From NCBI GenBank assembly GCA_016839515.1, contig JAEOUE010000037.1:1-10340 (forward strand): a DNA stretch of 10,340 nt, in the 5' to 3' direction. Numbering within the stretch: the first letter of the stretch is position 1; each line of letters begins with the position of its first letter. The notes under the pieces were generated by a model that was given only the letters and a program-made list of their open reading frames with translations, did no database searches and was not told the DNA's origin. Shown piece by piece: positions 7,388 through 10,340 of the stretch. The position numbers were made by a program, and so were the translations under genes. Origin of the DNA: Candidatus Hodarchaeum mangrovi. GTDB taxonomy: Archaea > Asgardarchaeota > Heimdallarchaeia > Hodarchaeales > Hodarchaeaceae.

Positions 7388-7837
7388 GTGACTTCTCAAT
7401 GGTTAAATTCCTTAAAAATTAAACAATTAAGCTTAGCAGTAGCTCCTGCAAATAATCCTGAAATCCTTTTAGCTGATGAACCCAAGGAAGAATTAGATAG
7501 CGTAACAACTTTAAAAATCATTGAGTATTTAAAAGAGCTAAATTCTGATTTAGGAATAACAATTATTGTTCTAACACATGATCATCGATTTGCTCGAATA
7601 ATTAATAAAGTATTAAAGATTCAAGACGGAAGGTTTTCAGGATTTTTTACATCAAAGAAGGAATTATCATTTTCTGATTCAGAAAAACTTACGTATATTG
7701 ACAAGTTCGGTACTTTAATAATACCAGAATATTTTCGAAAAGCTGCTCATATTAACAATTACGTTCGATTTGAGATTGTTGATGGAAAGCTTGTTGTTCT
7801 ACCTGCTAATTCTGACAATCGGGAAGGAATTAATTAG
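7388..7837 (+). pseudogene. Degenerate LolD/MacB-type ABC ATPase C-terminal half fused to an AbrB-like beta domain
   Basis: Retains Walker B/D-loop (NNPEILLADEPKEELDS) and H-loop (TIIVLTHD), then YIDKFGTLIIPEYFRKAAHI..VRFEIVDGKLVVLP (AbrB/MazE-like). No Walker A, Q-loop or LSGGQ. An in-frame TGA lies at 7367 just upstream. Consensus ALAN has become APAN and EPTG has become EPKE. No permease nearby. Confidence 0.7.
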
Positions 7838-7908
7838 AGGAAAAAAGCTAAAAAGAGAGTTTTTATTCCCTCCATCAAAACATGATTTTGAACATAGGAT
7901 GGAATAAT

Positions 7909-9654
7909 ATGGAAGATCAAATATGGCATAAATATCACTGGCCTAAAAATGTTAAAAAAACCCTTCAATATCCAAATGAACCACTCTATAAAATATTAGA
8001 AAATACTGCAGAGAAAAGTGGGGAATTAATCTATACTGTCTTTAGCGGAACCACCACTACTTATGCGGAGGCGAATACTGCAGCAAATAGGGTAGCGAAT
8101 TTCTTGATACAAAATGGAGTGAAAAAGGGTGATAAAGTAGCAATATTTTTACCCAATACCCCTCATTATCCGATTATTTTCTTTGGGATTCTCAAAGCTG
8201 GAGCAGTCGCTGTAACCTGTAATCCAACATATACTAAAGACGAATTGAATTACCAATTAAAAGATTCAGAAGCAATATTCATCTTTGTTTTTGATCATGA
8301 GAGATTTACTCCTTCTGCTTATGAGGCAATGAAGGGAACAAAGGTTAAGAAAGTCATAATTTGTAGTGCGAAAGATTTTCTCTCAAAGATCAAAGGATTC
8401 ATAGGCGGTCTTATTGGAAAAGTCCCAAAAAGTCCATATTATGAAACTGAAAAAACATTATTTTTCAAAGATGTCATGCAGTCAAGTGCGACCAAACCAG
8501 AAGGAATTAAAATAGATCCTAAGGAAGATTTGGCAGTACTTATCTACACTGGTGGTACGACTGGTACCCCAAAAGGTGTAATGTTAACTCATTATAACCT
8601 GTATTCTAATGTTCTTCAATTAGACGAATTTGTTTGGGTTCACCCTGATGATGGAAGTGAACCTTTTAAGCTCCGTTATGGGAAAGAAGTATATATTGGT
8701 GCCCTCCCATGGTATCATTCCTATGGATTAACATTAACAATGATTGGAGGAGTATATAAAGCAGCAACAGTGATTCCTATCCCTGATCCTCGTGCAGGTA
8801 AACCCCCCTTATCGGTTGTTCTGGAAGAGATTACTAAGCATAAAGTCACGATTCTACATGCAGTTCCAACCATTTATGCTGCTATAGTAAATATTTATTC
8901 ACAAAACCCAGAGAAATATGATTTGACTTCTGTTATAGGCTGTGGTTCTGGAGCTGCTCCATTAGCTCCAGAGTTAGCAAAGAATTTTGAACGGATAACA
9001 GGTGGTACTGTATTCGAAGCTTATGGTCTGTCAGAAACATCTCCTGTTGCTACACTTAATCCTACAAACAAAATCCAAAGGAAATTTGGTTCAGTTGGAT
9101 TCCCAATCTCAGATACTTTTGTGAAAATTGTTGATCTGGAGACTGGTAAAAAAGAATTACCAATTGGTGAGGATGGTGAAATCGCTTTAGCTGGACCACA
9201 AATTATGAAAGGCTATTGGAACAAGCCAAAAGCCACTGCTGAAGTATTTCGCGAGTTTGAAGGCATGAAATTTTTCCTGACTGGAGATATAGGTCATCTA
9301 GATGAAGAGGGTTATACAATAATTACTGACCGTAAGAAAGATATGGTTATCGTTGGTGGTTTGAAAGCTTATCCCCGAGAAATTGAGGATATTCTATATG
9401 GACATCCAAAAATTAAACTAGCAGCTGTTATTGGGCTCCCTCGTGAAGATGATCCCACTAATGAATATGTAGCAGCTTATTTAGTGCTTAAAGATGGTGA
9501 GACTGCAACTGAAGAGGAAATCATTGAGTGGTGTAAAGATAAAATGGCTGGATACAAACGTCCTCGAAAGGTTGAATTTCGTGATGAACTTCCTCTCTCA
9601 ACTATTGGTAAAGTACTTCGTAGAGTTATTAAAGAAGAAGAGTTGAAGAAATAG
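7909..9654 (+). CDS. fadD: Long-chain-fatty-acid--CoA ligase (ANL superfamily, FadD/LcfA-like)
   Basis: YTGGTTGTPKG P-loop, LPWYHSYG, AYGLSETSP, GPQIMKGYW, TGDIG, DRKKDMV, YPREIE and catalytic Lys in STIGKVLRR. Start placed at ATG 7909 (AGGA upstream); ATG 7882 is the alternative. Confidence 0.9.
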   Translation: MEDQIWHKYHWPKNVKKTLQYPNEPLYKILENTAEKSGELIYTVFSGTTTTYAEANTAANRVANFLIQNGVKKGDKVAIFLPNTPHYPIIFFGILKAGAVAVTCNPTYTKDELNYQLKDSEAIFIFVFDHERFTPSAYEAMKGTKVKKVIICSAKDFLSKIKGFIGGLIGKVPKSPYYETEKTLFFKDVMQSSATKPEGIKIDPKEDLAVLIYTGGTTGTPKGVMLTHYNLYSNVLQLDEFVWVHPDDGSEPFKLRYGKEVYIGALPWYHSYGLTLTMIGGVYKAATVIPIPDPRAGKPPLSVVLEEITKHKVTILHAVPTIYAAIVNIYSQNPEKYDLTSVIGCGSGAAPLAPELAKNFERITGGTVFEAYGLSETSPVATLNPTNKIQRKFGSVGFPISDTFVKIVDLETGKKELPIGEDGEIALAGPQIMKGYWNKPKATAEVFREFEGMKFFLTGDIGHLDEEGYTIITDRKKDMVIVGGLKAYPREIEDILYGHPKIKLAAVIGLPREDDPTNEYVAAYLVLKDGETATEEEIIEWCKDKMAGYKRPRKVEFRDELPLSTIGKVLRRVIKEEELKK

Positions 9655-9681
9655 AGAGTTATTATTAACTCTCTTTCTTTT
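9653..9681 (+). terminator. Stem-loop plus T-tract terminator after the acyl-CoA ligase
   Basis: Perfect 9-bp stem AGAGAGTTA (9653-9661) / TAACTCTCT (9666-9674) with a TTAT loop, overlapping the stop codon and followed by TTCTTTT. It lies between convergent genes. Confidence 0.65.
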
Positions 9682-9880
9682 AATTCCAGTTTAATTAATT
9701 TTATTTATCTTATTTCTTTATATTATCCTTAGCATTTCTTATTTGGCATTATTTTATAACTAAATATTGTCATTCCAATTAAAACAAATAAATTTTGGTT
9801 CAAGTAAAAATTTTAAGATTTATTATCATGAATATATTGTAAATCTTGTATTTGAAAAAACTATAACAAATTTCCCTATA

Positions 9881-10340
9881 CTATAATGCCTTAAACATTG
9901 CTATGGTAGTATTTCGTATTCTCTTATGATCTACAATAGGTTTGGGATAATTTACTAAGCTAGAAGGTCTTTTCTTTTCTAGATTATGAATTTCTTTTGC
10001 TGTAAGATGAACTAGTTCTGGGATATATCTCTTAATATAGGTACAATCCTTATCGAATTTCTTCTGTTGAAGCCATGGATTAAAGATACGAAAATAGGGT
10101 TGAGCATCAGTTCCAGTTGATGAGGCCCATTGCCAATTTCCATTATTAATAGAAATATCAAAATCAATTAATTTTCTAGCGAAGTACTTTTCCCCCCACT
10201 TCCAATCAATCAATAAATCTTTTGTCAAGAAAGAGGCAACAATCATTCTAATCCGATTATGCATGTAACCAGTTTGATTCAACTCTCTCATTCCTGCATC
10301 AACGATTGGGAAACCAGTATTTCCTTCACACCATGAAATA
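9881..10340 (-). CDS. phrB: Deoxyribodipyrimidine photolyase (class I CPD photolyase), FAD-binding C-terminal part; 5' end outside the window
   Basis: The frame is open to the edge: ..WCEGNTGFPIVDAGMRELNQTGYMHNRIRMIVASFLTKDLLIDW...DFDISINNGNWQWASSTGTDAQPYFRIFNP. This closely matches the E. coli PhrB motifs. The Met at 10291 in the ORF track is internal. Confidence 0.95.
   Translation of the reverse strand, partial: ISWCEGNTGFPIVDAGMRELNQTGYMHNRIRMIVASFLTKDLLIDWKWGEKYFARKLIDFDISINNGNWQWASSTGTDAQPYFRIFNPWLQQKKFDKDCTYIKRYIPELVHLTAKEIHNLEKKRPSSLVNYPKPIVDHKRIRNTTIAMFKAL

Noticed and set aside
7272-7391. 39-codon plus-strand ORF (MESLLPSEVCNV...) overlapping the GTG of the ABC remnant; considered as a frameshifted N-terminal half
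   Set aside because: No Walker A (GxSGxGKS/T) or Q-loop similarity in this or the adjacent frames, so it does not rescue the ATPase.
9682-9880. Very AT-rich spacer between fadD and the photolyase; checked for small ORFs, repeats or an origin
   Set aside because: Only very short ORFs were found, with no iterated motifs. Consistent with an ordinary convergent 3' region.
1-10340. CRISPR arrays, tRNA/rRNA, IS elements, and defence or phage genes
   Set aside because: No regularly spaced repeats, cloverleaf or GC-rich RNA segments, transposase or integrase motifs, or terminal inverted repeats were seen on manual reading.

Overview
AT-rich (roughly one-third GC by eye), densely coding prokaryotic window. 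GGTGA/GGAG-type ribosome-binding sites, oligo-T 3' ends, a sequon-rich surface protein and the overall gene style suggest an archaeon, plausibly Asgard (Heimdall/Hod/Loki-type); this is inference, not proven. The left half is a divergent gene pair around a 102-bp spacer. On the minus strand are a NIPA/DMT-type membrane transporter, a stand-alone SCP2 lipid carrier and an M24 (Xaa-Pro peptidase-fold) hydrolase that runs off the left edge and is absent from the ORF track. On the plus strand are a GH5 glycosidase resembling fungal EGCrP/sterylglucosidase (GH5_12) and a PIG-L/LmbE de-N-acetylase. Then come a membrane-anchored N-glycosylation-rich protein, a 4-TM hypothetical protein, a possible small Lys-rich ORF, a decayed LolD-type ABC ATPase/AbrB fusion, a long-chain acyl-CoA ligase and, convergently, the 3' part of a class I CPD photolyase. 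The most interesting signals are (i) a candidate glycolipid (steryl-glycoside/glycosylceramide-like) salvage module built from families best known in eukaryotic lipid biology, and (ii) an M24 enzyme that keeps its visible metal ligands but has both conserved substrate-binding histidines replaced by glutamate. No rRNA, tRNA, CRISPR array or mobile element was seen.
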